A stretch of 64,000 bases of DNA from an uncultured Oribacterium sp. (GTDB lineage: Bacteria; Bacillota; Clostridia; Lachnospirales; Lachnospiraceae). The notes below the pieces were generated by a model. The model had not been told where the DNA came from and searched no databases. It was given only the letters and a program-made list of their open reading frames with translations. The stretch is taken from NCBI GenBank assembly GCA_937927445.1, contig CALAOB010000098.1:6515-70514 (forward strand), in the 5' to 3' direction. This document shows positions 18,091 through 26,964 of this stretch, piece after piece. How positions within the stretch are numbered: the first letter of the stretch is position 1; every line of letters begins with the position of its first letter. Made by a program: the position numbers and the translations under genes.

Positions 18091-18324
18091 TCAGTTTAAT
18101 GTTGCAAGTGTTGCGCCGGACTCTACGGAGTCACCGACGGAAACATTGATCGATGCGACAGTACCATCCTGTGGAGCCACGATCTCGTTCTCCATCTTCA
18201 TCGCCTCGAGGATGAGGATGACGTCACCGCTCTTCACCGCGTCGCCGACGTTCTTCTTCACAGCGAGGATCTTACCTGGCATCGGGGACTCTACCTTTAC
18301 GGAGCCCTGTGCGCCTGCCGGTGC
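18091..18324 (-). repeat. biotinyl-domain coding repeat, copy 2
   Basis: See copy 1 (17684-17917). Confidence 0.85.
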
Positions 18325-19218
18325 TGCGGTCGGAGCCGGAGCGGCAGCTGCAACTGGTGCAGCGGCTGGTACCACGGAAGTTACGACCGGTGCGGAAGCG
18401 ACGGTCTCAGAAGCAGCTGGTGCGAAGCTGCGGGAACGAAGCGGACGTACGAAGAGACCATTCTGAAGTGTCGGTCCCGGTACGAAGCCATTGTCGCCCT
18501 GCTCACCTGCAGTATCTGCCTCGTATGCTGCGATCGCTGCGGCGATGACCGCCTGCATCACATCGTCCTGCTTAGCAGCCGGAGCCGGTGCTGCGGCCTT
18601 CGGTGCCGGTGCTGCAACCTTCGGAGCCGGAGCCGGTGCCTTCTGTCCCTTCGCCTTCTTCTCAAATACACTGATGTACTTGAACAGGGAAATCACCCAG
18701 GCGATGAAGATGAGAACGACGAATACGGTACCCATGCCGACTGCGAGGTTTGCGCCTGCATCCTCCATCTGCTCAGCGAGTGAGTAGTGCGGCTCGAAGG
18801 TCATCTCGGTCGTCTTACCGGTCAGCTCATTGAGGCCGAGGGTAAGCTTCAGGGTTCTCTTCTCAAATGTTGAATTAATCTCGATGGAATAGCCATCTTC
18901 TGTCTTGGATGCAACTGCATCGTCTACACTGACGAAGGCACCGAGACGATCCTTATCATTCAGATAATTGGTAAGGCCGTTGTAGGTGATTTCATCCTTT
19001 GTCTTGTATGCGGACTTGATCTGAGACTCGATCTCAGCATCGCTCAGAGCATAGATGCTCTGCTCTGCATACTGCTTTGCCTGCTCCTCAAGTGCGGACT
19101 TCACGGATGGGTCGATGGCCTCTACCGTGTCCTTCGTTGAGCTTCCGCAAGCTGCCAGTGTAAGAACGGAAAGTGCAAGAGCAAAACAGAGAGCAGCTTT
19201 TCTAAACCACTGTTTCAT
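18091..19218 (-). CDS. fusion protein: lipoprotein-type N-domain, OadG-like TM segment, Ala/Pro linker and biotinyl domain
   Basis: Start MKQWFRK with a GAGAGGAGA SD. An alternative ATG at 19233 overlaps the upstream stop. Lipobox LTLAAC. OadG-like helix VGMGTVFVVLIFIAWVISLF. C-terminal EAMKMEN. Confidence 0.8.
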   Translation of the reverse strand: MKQWFRKAALCFALALSVLTLAACGSSTKDTVEAIDPSVKSALEEQAKQYAEQSIYALSDAEIESQIKSAYKTKDEITYNGLTNYLNDKDRLGAFVSVDDAVASKTEDGYSIEINSTFEKRTLKLTLGLNELTGKTTEMTFEPHYSLAEQMEDAGANLAVGMGTVFVVLIFIAWVISLFKYISVFEKKAKGQKAPAPAPKVAAPAPKAAAPAPAAKQDDVMQAVIAAAIAAYEADTAGEQGDNGFVPGPTLQNGLFVRPLRSRSFAPAASETVASAPVVTSVVPAAAPVAAAAPAPTAAPAGAQGSVKVESPMPGKILAVKKNVGDAVKSGDVILILEAMKMENEIVAPQDGTVASINVSVGDSVESGATLATLN

Positions 19219-19232
19219 TCTGTCTCCTCTCA

Positions 19233-20588
19233 TTAAACGGTGCCACTCTTCTTGTCAGGTCTGTATACGCTCTTATAGCCGAGCATCTGAAGTGCAGCTG
19301 CGATTCTCTGTCTGGTCTCCTCCGGAGCGATGATCTCATCGACATAGCCGCGCTTTGCAGCAGCGAGTGCCGTGTTCTCGGAAGCGAACTTCTTCTCTGC
19401 CTCTGCATCGCCGTCAGCGACTACCTTGGCAGCCTGTGCAGCGTCCATCACACCGATCTTTGAGTTGTTAAATGCATAAACCACGTCCGCGCCGAGTGCC
19501 TTTGCACCGAAGCTGAGGCCTGCTGTACCGAGTGCGTTCTTTACAACGGTGATCATCGGAACGTCTGCATTTGCATAGGCATAAGCGAGCTTGGCAGCAG
19601 AGGTCGGCATATGGCTCTCTGTGCACTCTGTATTCTTGTAGGAAGTCACGTCAACGACCGTGATGACCGGAAGGTCATAAGCATTGGCGAAGGTAACCAG
19701 CTTGGCAGCCTTCTCTGCACCCTTCCATGTAAGTGCCTTCTCCTTGTTTGCAACGATTGCAACGGTCTCGCCACCGATCTGAGCAAAACCGGTTACAACA
19801 TCATGGGAATAGCCCTTCTTGGTCTCGATGAATACACCGTTATCCGCGAGCTGCTTCACAGCCTCGTCTGCAGACAGGGTATCGAAGCCGCTTACGGCAC
19901 GGTTCAGATCATCGATGCACTCGTCGAGTACGCCACCGTCCTCACAGTTGCCCGGAAGTACGGAAACGACCTTACGAATCTGAGCGAAAACCTCATCCTC
20001 TGTACCATCGAAGTCTACGAGGCCATACTCCTCGCGCTTTGCTGCCTTTGCGATCGCGTCATCCTTGTTACCAAGAACGGCATCCGGAGCATTGACATAG
20101 GCCTTTGCGCCCTCTGCCATCAGTACGTAATCGGACAGGCCGGCAAGAACGGTGAGTCCGCCACCACAGTTGCCGAAGATGGCTGTGATCTGTGGGATCT
20201 GACCGCTGGCCAGGGTCTGCTTCTTGTAGATGCGGCCGAGACCGAAAAGTGCGTCATTTGCCTCCTCGAGGCGTACGCCGGTGCAATCGAGAAGAGCGAT
20301 GACCGGAGCCTGATTCTTCATGGCCATAGAATAGATGCTGGCGATCTTTCTCGCGTGCATCTCACCGATGGAACCGCCGAGAACAGCTGCGTTCTGTGCA
20401 TATACATACACGAGGTTGCCGTCGATGGTTCCATAACCGGTAACAACACCGTCAGATGGTGCCTTCTTCTCAGCCATGTTAAAGTCTGTTGATCTTGCTT
20501 CCACAAGACGGCCAACTTCAACGAAGCTGAATTCATCGAGCAGTGACTGAATTCTCGTCAGAGCGGATGATGTTGACTGATTATCCAT
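19233..20588 (-). CDS. acyl-CoA carboxyltransferase subunit (MmdA / PccB / 12S family), short form
   Basis: 451 aa. The carboxyl-transferase pattern GTIDGNLVYVYAQNAAVLGGSIGEMHARKI...IFGNCGGGL matches the family. ATGGAGGA SD upstream. Confidence 0.8.
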   Translation of the reverse strand: MDNQSTSSALTRIQSLLDEFSFVEVGRLVEARSTDFNMAEKKAPSDGVVTGYGTIDGNLVYVYAQNAAVLGGSIGEMHARKIASIYSMAMKNQAPVIALLDCTGVRLEEANDALFGLGRIYKKQTLASGQIPQITAIFGNCGGGLTVLAGLSDYVLMAEGAKAYVNAPDAVLGNKDDAIAKAAKREEYGLVDFDGTEDEVFAQIRKVVSVLPGNCEDGGVLDECIDDLNRAVSGFDTLSADEAVKQLADNGVFIETKKGYSHDVVTGFAQIGGETVAIVANKEKALTWKGAEKAAKLVTFANAYDLPVITVVDVTSYKNTECTESHMPTSAAKLAYAYANADVPMITVVKNALGTAGLSFGAKALGADVVYAFNNSKIGVMDAAQAAKVVADGDAEAEKKFASENTALAAAKRGYVDEIIAPEETRQRIAAALQMLGYKSVYRPDKKSGTV

Positions 20589-20649
20589 TTTTTATCCTCC
20601 ATTTCGTATCTAAACAAAGGGAAAAAAATCCCCGGTTTATGACGTATAT

Positions 20650-20678
20650 ATTGTATATGAAGCCCATTTATAATTCAA
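20650..20678 (-). promoter_or_regulatory. candidate promoter of the decarboxylase operon (TTGAAT-17-TACAAT)
   Basis: Hexamers with a 17-nt spacer about 60 nt upstream of the ATG. The -35 overlaps a hairpin (cccattt/aaatggg). Confidence 0.5.
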
Positions 20679-20936
20679 CCCGAAATGGGTGCTTTTTTCA
20701 ATCTTTGTGAAAGTAATATCAGGTATAATGCTGACATTATAAGGCCGCGAATATATGGTTTATAAGGATTTTCTTATACAATGTTGGCTTTTTCACAAAA
20801 ACAGACACGGATTTTCGATGCCTTAAAATGAAATTTATTTTCATTTTAAGCGGATTTACCGTTCTGTTTTTTATCATAAGCACCGATCCGTGAAGGCAGC
20901 AGGATGCCGCTTCCTTTTCTTCCTGCTGTGCCTGCT

Positions 20937-22322
20937 TCAGACGAAGCGCAGTCCCTTCGGGAAATGATTCTTCAGCTGTCCGTTTACGAGCTTTCCGAGT
21001 CCGAGGGCAACGCCGTCGGCGCAGACGATGCACCAGCCCTTCCCGCTGACGCCCTCCGGTGCCGTGATCTGCAGTCCGCGAAGATACTGGTCGATGCGCG
21101 GATCGGTCGCCGGGTAGCTGCAGCACTGGAGCTCAAACTGCTGAAGCTCTGCTGCATCTGCCGGATTCAGTACATGGCTCAGCGCATGCGCCGGCTCTGT
21201 CCGGTTCTTCAGGTTCGTTTCCGACTGAATGCCGGCACGGAGACAGCGCAGTCCGCGAAGCTCCGGCAGTATCGACGGCACGAGATACCCCTGGTCCTTC
21301 ACCTGCTGCTTTCTGTAGTCCTTCTCTTCGAATGGACGATCCGGTCCCGAGATGCACGTACCATACTGCGCCTCCAGTGCGGCCAGCGGATCGCTGCCGG
21401 CCTTCCGGAAGATCGCCATATAGTGTCCCTCTCCCGGCTCCCGCTGCGGCCAGACACGCTTCTCATAGAGGAGCGTGAGCTCTGGGAAAGTGGTGAGCAG
21501 ATAATCCCGTATATCCTCATCCTCTTCTTTTTCGAAGGTACAGGTACTGTAGGCGAGGATACCCCCCGGGGCCAGCATACGATAGGCGTTTGCCGTAATC
21601 TCCCGCTGACGTTCCGCGCACATACGGACATTCTCCACTGACCACTCTGTGATCGCCGTGTCATCCTTCCGGAACATGCCTTCCCCGGAGCACGGTGCAT
21701 CGACGAGCACCCTCGTGAAAAACTCCGGGAAGTGATCGGCGATTTTTCCTGTATCTTCGTTCAGGACGGCTGCATTCCGCAATCCCATGCGCTCGATGTT
21801 TGAGCTGAGCGTTCGCGCCCGCAACGCGACATATTCGTTGGAAATCAGGAAACCGCCGGCATCCGCCGACAGCAGATCCGCGGCCTGCGTCGATTTTCCG
21901 CCCGGACTCGCACAGAGGTCGATCACCTGGTCGAAGGGACGGATCTGCATATGCTGTACGACCTGCATCGCCTCCGGTCCCTGGATATAGTAGAGTCCGG
22001 CTTCATGATAGGGATGCTTTCCCGGACGGATACCGATGGACTCGAGGTAGCGGTCATCGAGATAGAAGGACGTATACATCGTCTGTCCGCGGAAGGAGAT
22101 CCTGCTGCTCTCCGGCATCGGCTTGAGATGCCAGTCCGCGACGAGCTTCGCGTAGCAGATCGCCTCCGGATCCGTGCTCTCCTCCAGCTCCATCAGCTTA
22201 TGAAGATTCAGCCGTAGTCCCCGGACGGTCGGCTTCTCGAAACTCTCGAGAAATGCGTCATATTCCTCCTCTGAAAGAAGGGCTTTCATGCGGGTACAGA
22301 ACTCCGCTGGTAATTGCTTCAT
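20937..22322 (-). CDS. RsmB/RsmF (NOL1/NOP2/Sun) family RNA cytosine-C5 methyltransferase
   Basis: SAM motif DLCASPGGKS and catalytic DAPCSGEGMFRKD. Start MKQLPAEF with a GAGGTG SD. The listed ORF extends 37 codons further upstream. Confidence 0.85.
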   Translation of the reverse strand: MKQLPAEFCTRMKALLSEEEYDAFLESFEKPTVRGLRLNLHKLMELEESTDPEAICYAKLVADWHLKPMPESSRISFRGQTMYTSFYLDDRYLESIGIRPGKHPYHEAGLYYIQGPEAMQVVQHMQIRPFDQVIDLCASPGGKSTQAADLLSADAGGFLISNEYVALRARTLSSNIERMGLRNAAVLNEDTGKIADHFPEFFTRVLVDAPCSGEGMFRKDDTAITEWSVENVRMCAERQREITANAYRMLAPGGILAYSTCTFEKEEDEDIRDYLLTTFPELTLLYEKRVWPQREPGEGHYMAIFRKAGSDPLAALEAQYGTCISGPDRPFEEKDYRKQQVKDQGYLVPSILPELRGLRCLRAGIQSETNLKNRTEPAHALSHVLNPADAAELQQFELQCCSYPATDPRIDQYLRGLQITAPEGVSGKGWCIVCADGVALGLGKLVNGQLKNHFPKGLRFV

Positions 22323-22479
22323 ATTCACCTCACACTTATGATTCGTTCCTGTGATTACAGCCTGTTGGATCGGTTGACGCCTTTGATCCTGTCCCTGCAC
22401 GTACACGATCGAAGCCTCTCCGACGAGCTTCATCTCTACTGGTCGCTCGTATTTTATCAGATATCCGCACCGGATGTAT

Positions 22480-22515
22480 ATAAAAAGAACGATTCACCTT
22501 TCGATGAATCGTTCT
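22480..22515 (-). terminator. rho-independent terminator of the Lys/Ala-rich protein gene
   Basis: AGAACGAUUCA-loop-UGAAUCGUUCU followed by UUUUUAU. Confidence 0.8.
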
Positions 22516-22534
22516 CTATGATCGAAATGCTGAA

Positions 22535-22993
22535 TTACAGGTTTACTCTGTACTCCGGCTTACCCTCACCATCTACGGTGAAGTATGCAGCCTGATCGTT
22601 TACGTTGATGTAAACATGGACATCCTTGACATCCTTCTTGATCTTCTCAGCCGCCTTCTGTGCGTCTGCAACGATCTTTGCAGGGTCAAAATCTCTGCCA
22701 TCGATCTGTAATGTAACAGCTGTCTTCACTTCTGCCTTCGCCGGAGCGGTCTTCTTCTCTGCCGGCTTCTTCTCTACTGTCTTCTTCGCTGGAGCTGTCT
22801 TCTTTACTGGAGCGGTCTTCTTCTCAGCAGCAGTTTCCTTCTTCGGAGCCTCTGCCTTAACTGCTTCCTTTGCAGGAGCGGCCTTCTTCTCAGCAGCCTT
22901 CGCAGTCTCTGCTACAGCCTTCTTGATCTCAGCGAAAGACTCCTTCAGAGCTGCATCCTTCTTTACTTCTGTAGCCTTTGTCTTCTTCTCCAT
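22535..22993 (-). CDS. small Lys/Ala-rich (histone-H1-like low-complexity) protein with a globular C-terminal domain; function unknown
   Basis: 152 aa. The N-terminal roughly 90 aa are KKxAPxKK-type repeats. Strong GAAGGAGA SD, consensus promoter and its own terminator. Confidence 0.8.
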   Translation of the reverse strand: MEKKTKATEVKKDAALKESFAEIKKAVAETAKAAEKKAAPAKEAVKAEAPKKETAAEKKTAPVKKTAPAKKTVEKKPAEKKTAPAKAEVKTAVTLQIDGRDFDPAKIVADAQKAAEKIKKDVKDVHVYINVNDQAAYFTVDGEGKPEYRVNL

Positions 22994-23041
22994 TTGATTA
23001 TCTCCTTCTAAAATAACTAAAAAATTATTTAATTTTTAAGA

Positions 23042-23070
23042 ATTATATTTCGTGCAACCTCATTTGTCAA
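23042..23070 (-). promoter_or_regulatory. perfect consensus sigma-A promoter (TTGACA-17-TATAAT)
   Basis: Exact hexamers with an exact 17-nt spacer, about 45 nt upstream of the 22993 start. Confidence 0.8.
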
Positions 23071-23089
23071 TGTGTTCACAGGGAAGCAT

Positions 23090-23136
23090 GCAGGAATCCC
23101 GTGATCCGTCTGTAAAACTTCTGTCACGATTCCTGC
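23090..23136. other. 13-bp stem hairpin downstream of ytvI (gcaggaatc..gtga / tcacgattcctgc)
   Basis: The U-tract (TTTT) is on the plus strand only. It could still close the minus-strand operon. Confidence 0.35.
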
Positions 23137-23171
23137 TTTTGCGCTCTGCGCACCGATGTCCGGAGACGCGT

Positions 23172-24311
23172 TTACAGGAAGGAAATCAGATCCCGGTAAA
23201 GCGCCTGGATCGAGGCCGTCATCTTCTTAAAGGCACCGTAGCGGTAAAAGCACATCACGAGCATCCCGACCGGGACCGCGAAAATCAGCCCGACGAAGCC
23301 GTAGAAGCGGTAACCGAGATACATGAACAGAATCGTCAGGAACGGCGAGAGTCCCATCGTATCCCCCATGATCTTCGGCTGCATGAACTGACGCACGATC
23401 TGGGTCGCGACATAGATCACGACAAGCCACAGCGCCTGCATCAGATTCCCGCTGAAGAGATCGATCACGATCCATGGCCACATGATGAAGCCGACACCGA
23501 GCATCGGCAGGAAATCGAGGAATGCGGTCAATGCTGCGAGCGGGATCGCATAGCGCACACGCAGCAGCAGGAAGCCGATCGCCAGCACGAGGAAAACAAC
23601 AAACATGATTTTAAACTGCGCCAGCAGCCAGCCCTGGATGATCTTCCGTATGTCCGCCTTCAGCAGCTCATAGTAGCGGAACAGTTCCTTCGGAATCCAC
23701 GCCTTCACACGCTCGACATAGCGTTCGCCATCCTTACAGAAGCAGTACGCTGAAAAGATCGTCACGACCGAATACACGAGGACATTCGGGATCGAGCGAA
23801 CCGCACCGATGGAGACATTGGCGATCGGGGCAGAGATATTCGTCACGAAGCCGAGCAGGGATTCCTCGATGCTGCTGTTCAGGCGGTTGAGATCCAGCAT
23901 AACGGTACCGCCATCCGCGCCCGTACCCGGCAGATTCAGCGACAGGTGCTGCAGCAGATTCTGGTGCGTAAGCAGGAACTCCCGGAGAAGCTGCGCGAAG
24001 TCCCGCACCATATCCGGCAGATCTTCGGCAAAGCCGACGCAGAAGCGGACGGCGAAGCTGATGACGAGATACAGGATCGCGCCGATCAGTACGAGCATAA
24101 AGAGGATGATGACGACCGACGCATGCTGCCGTTCCATCAGCTTCGTTTTTGTATTCAGAAAACGGATCAGCGGATTGGCGATCCATGCGATGACGGCGCC
24201 GATGATAAACGGGATAAAAAAGATGAGCAGTTTCGGAACGAAGATGACGACCGCTGCAATCATCAGGATCGGCACCAGGATATTTAAGATCAGCTGCGTA
24301 TAGCGCTTCAT
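23172..24311 (-). CDS. ytvI: AI-2E family transporter / YtvI-like sporulation integral membrane protein
   Basis: 379-aa polytopic protein whose N-terminus and length are typical of YtvI/PerM. Its start overlaps the upstream stop (ATGA). Confidence 0.7.
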   Translation of the reverse strand: MKRYTQLILNILVPILMIAAVVIFVPKLLIFFIPFIIGAVIAWIANPLIRFLNTKTKLMERQHASVVIILFMLVLIGAILYLVISFAVRFCVGFAEDLPDMVRDFAQLLREFLLTHQNLLQHLSLNLPGTGADGGTVMLDLNRLNSSIEESLLGFVTNISAPIANVSIGAVRSIPNVLVYSVVTIFSAYCFCKDGERYVERVKAWIPKELFRYYELLKADIRKIIQGWLLAQFKIMFVVFLVLAIGFLLLRVRYAIPLAALTAFLDFLPMLGVGFIMWPWIVIDLFSGNLMQALWLVVIYVATQIVRQFMQPKIMGDTMGLSPFLTILFMYLGYRFYGFVGLIFAVPVGMLVMCFYRYGAFKKMTASIQALYRDLISFL

Positions 24312-25768
24312 TCACTTCTCCTTTTTCGTGTAGAACATGCATAAGCGAGGTACAGTACGAAACTGATCCCCAGATAAAACCAGGTGGCCGGGTTACTGAA
24401 CCAGGTGGTAAAAAACGAAACCAGATAATAAAAGGCGAGCTGTGCATACAGCAGCGCCGAGAACGGATTCTGATCCTTCCGATGGGCACGTGACACCGCG
24501 CCGGAAACGAGGCCAAGCACGACGGCGAACAGGACGATGCCCGCCAGTCCGAAGTCATACCATGCATCATACAGCATCGTGACGGTTGTCAGCTCCTCCT
24601 TCGTCACGAAGAGCGGAAAGCCCTGTGCCAGCGCGGGTACGAAGAACTTGAGCCCGCTCAGCGTCACAAAAGGATAGAGCATACGGAGTCCATAGGCGTG
24701 TGTCGTCAGCTCACGGGTCATGACATTGAAATTATCATAGTTGTTTGCGATGTACATGTACGGCTGGGTGATGAAGATCGGGGTCGACGGATCCTTCATC
24801 TCGAAGATGCCGTTCAGGTACTCGACGGAATGGGCCCGCTCGATCGTGATGAACACATACGCCGCGATCATCAGCGCGAGGAGCAGCAGAAGCTGCCAGG
24901 GCTTATACCGACGTCCCGAAAGGAGTGCCACGAAGACAGCCAGAATCACTGAAATCATAAACTGGAAACGGGACACCATCAGGAGCGTCAGGAGGATCGG
25001 AAGCAGCAGCCCGAGGAGCGCCAGCACATCCGGACCAAGTCCCTGTTTACGCCGTGCACTGAGATACAGCATCGCGACCGACGGGGTAAGCACCGCCAGC
25101 GTCGTGAAGTAGTGGACGCCCTTCACATGGAAGTAGCTGTAGGCATGCGGCGTATCGACCGTAAAAAGCGGTACGAAGCCGAGCCGCCGGGCCTCGAAGA
25201 GAAACGCCGCCCAGGAAATACCGAGCAGGCCGACGAGCGCATAGCGGAAGTAGCGGAGATCCGGTCCCGTCTTCTCTCCCATCGCCGGGTGTCCGTGACC
25301 GCATTCCCCATCCATCATCTCAGCGAGTTCCTCTTCTTCTGTCTCCGGGCGTCCAGGAAACACACCGGCATCACGCACACCGTCGGAAGCCGAATCTACA
25401 GCTGTCGAAACCTTACTGCCGGATACACGACGATCTGCTCCTGCGGTCCCGACCTGCTCCGCGAACTGTGCCGAGAGATCAAAGATCAGATAAAAGAGGT
25501 AGAACGAGAGCCAGGTTTCTGTCGTCCAGACGGTGCTCAGCCGGCTCAGCTGAAAACGGGCGACCCCTTCCCCGCCGAGAAGACCGAGGGCGAGCAGTCC
25601 CCGGAGATTCAGCGTGGACCGTGTCCTCCGGTATTCCGTAAGATATAAAAAAGCAGCAGCGAAGATCAGGCAAAGGCCGGAAGGGGCGGAAAGACCCGCC
25701 TCTCCCAGCACGAAGCTCATGACATACGCTGCTGTATAGATACCAAGTTTAAACCATTCTGTTTTCAT
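24308..25768 (-). CDS. polytopic membrane protein, possibly an oligosaccharide repeat-unit polymerase (Wzy-like)
   Basis: 486 aa with at least 10 predicted TM helices and one large cytoplasmic loop. The functional call is tentative. Confidence 0.45.
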   Translation of the reverse strand: MKTEWFKLGIYTAAYVMSFVLGEAGLSAPSGLCLIFAAAFLYLTEYRRTRSTLNLRGLLALGLLGGEGVARFQLSRLSTVWTTETWLSFYLFYLIFDLSAQFAEQVGTAGADRRVSGSKVSTAVDSASDGVRDAGVFPGRPETEEEELAEMMDGECGHGHPAMGEKTGPDLRYFRYALVGLLGISWAAFLFEARRLGFVPLFTVDTPHAYSYFHVKGVHYFTTLAVLTPSVAMLYLSARRKQGLGPDVLALLGLLLPILLTLLMVSRFQFMISVILAVFVALLSGRRYKPWQLLLLLALMIAAYVFITIERAHSVEYLNGIFEMKDPSTPIFITQPYMYIANNYDNFNVMTRELTTHAYGLRMLYPFVTLSGLKFFVPALAQGFPLFVTKEELTTVTMLYDAWYDFGLAGIVLFAVVLGLVSGAVSRAHRKDQNPFSALLYAQLAFYYLVSFFTTWFSNPATWFYLGISFVLYLAYACSTRKRRSE

Positions 25769-25788
25769 GAAATATATGTATTCTCCGA

Positions 25789-26964
25789 TCAGTGTCCGGA
25801 CTGGCTGAGCAGTGTTTCCTCATGTGTACTGCCCGACTCATGCGCAGTGGCCGTGCCCTCCGGTGCGGTGTCTCCGTCCTGGGCACTGCTCTCCGGCAGC
25901 TTCGCTTCTACCGCCGTACTCTCACTGGTATGCGCGCTCTGTGATCCGGAGACGAGTGCCGTCGTGGCCGATGTTTCATCGCTTTCGGTTGATGTCTCCT
26001 CCGTCTCCGGGATCTTTTCGATGCGGACCGTAACATTGACCTCCGCGTCCTGATCCTCCGCCAGCATAACACCGGCCGGGAGATGGTCTGCCAGATTATA
26101 GGTTATGGTCTTCGTTCCACTGGCACCGCTGATATCGATCTTCGGAAGTTCAAACACCGTCATACCGTCGATGATGTAGGTCGATGCCGCCAGCTTCACC
26201 GTCGCCGGTGATACCGCGGTCGACTCATACTGATACCCTGCAGCCGGTGTACCGCTGACACTGGACAGAAGGTTGATGGACTTCTCCTTATACAGGGTCA
26301 CGGCATAGTGGATCGAGCTTGTCGACGCACTGACATTCTTGAGGTCATAGAGCTGATTTCCGTTTGCGTCGTAGTATACGAGCTCGGCAACCCCATCCTC
26401 GTTCTGTGCGATGCCCTCCACATTGACATCGATCCCGACACTGGACACACGGCCGATTTCGGATTCCGGACCACTCAGATAGACATATTCCGGACTGACG
26501 ATCACATTCGCGACCTTGTAGCCACTCTTCGGCGTACCATGCACGGTATTTTTAATTTCAAATTTCTTTTCCTGAATGTCCTCGATGATGACCCGGGTGA
26601 CCGTTGGACGCACCGTCACATCTCCGATCAGCTCGTCCTTATCATTCAGTACATCCACGTAGATCGGAACGGCACCGGTGATGCTGTAATCCTTCAGATC
26701 CACGTAGGCATGAAAATCCGATGCGCTGATGAGGGAGCGGCTGTTCGTGCGGACACTGTAGCTGATGGTCACACTCGTACGGTCGATTTCCCAGGACTTA
26801 TTCTGCGCCGCAAAGGCCGACTGATTTTCGACCTCGAGCGGTACCGTCTTCGTATCCGTCACCTCCGGATGTGAGACATTGACCACCAGCAGCCAGAGAA
26901 GCAGCGCGATCAGGAGGCTCAGCACCTTCAGTGGCAGATTTTCCGTAAAGAAATGTTTCATCAT
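25789..26964 (-). CDS. cdaR: CdaA regulatory protein CdaR (YbbR-domain protein)
   Basis: N-terminal anchor LPLKVLSLLIALLLWLLVV and YbbR-like repeats. Sits immediately after cdaA with a 4-nt overlap. Confidence 0.85.
   Translation of the reverse strand: MMKHFFTENLPLKVLSLLIALLLWLLVVNVSHPEVTDTKTVPLEVENQSAFAAQNKSWEIDRTSVTISYSVRTNSRSLISASDFHAYVDLKDYSITGAVPIYVDVLNDKDELIGDVTVRPTVTRVIIEDIQEKKFEIKNTVHGTPKSGYKVANVIVSPEYVYLSGPESEIGRVSSVGIDVNVEGIAQNEDGVAELVYYDANGNQLYDLKNVSASTSSIHYAVTLYKEKSINLLSSVSGTPAAGYQYESTAVSPATVKLAASTYIIDGMTVFELPKIDISGASGTKTITYNLADHLPAGVMLAEDQDAEVNVTVRIEKIPETEETSTESDETSATTALVSGSQSAHTSESTAVEAKLPESSAQDGDTAPEGTATAHESGSTHEETLLSQSGH

Noticed and set aside
20589-20936. AT-rich spacer with two hairpins (cccattt/aaatggg with a plus-strand T-run; 12-bp cttaaaatgaaa/tttcattttaag) as a possible plus-strand gene end or small RNA
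   Set aside because: No plus-strand gene or promoter precedes them. They are most simply the rsmF-side terminator-like structure and a promoter-overlapping hairpin of the decarboxylase operon.
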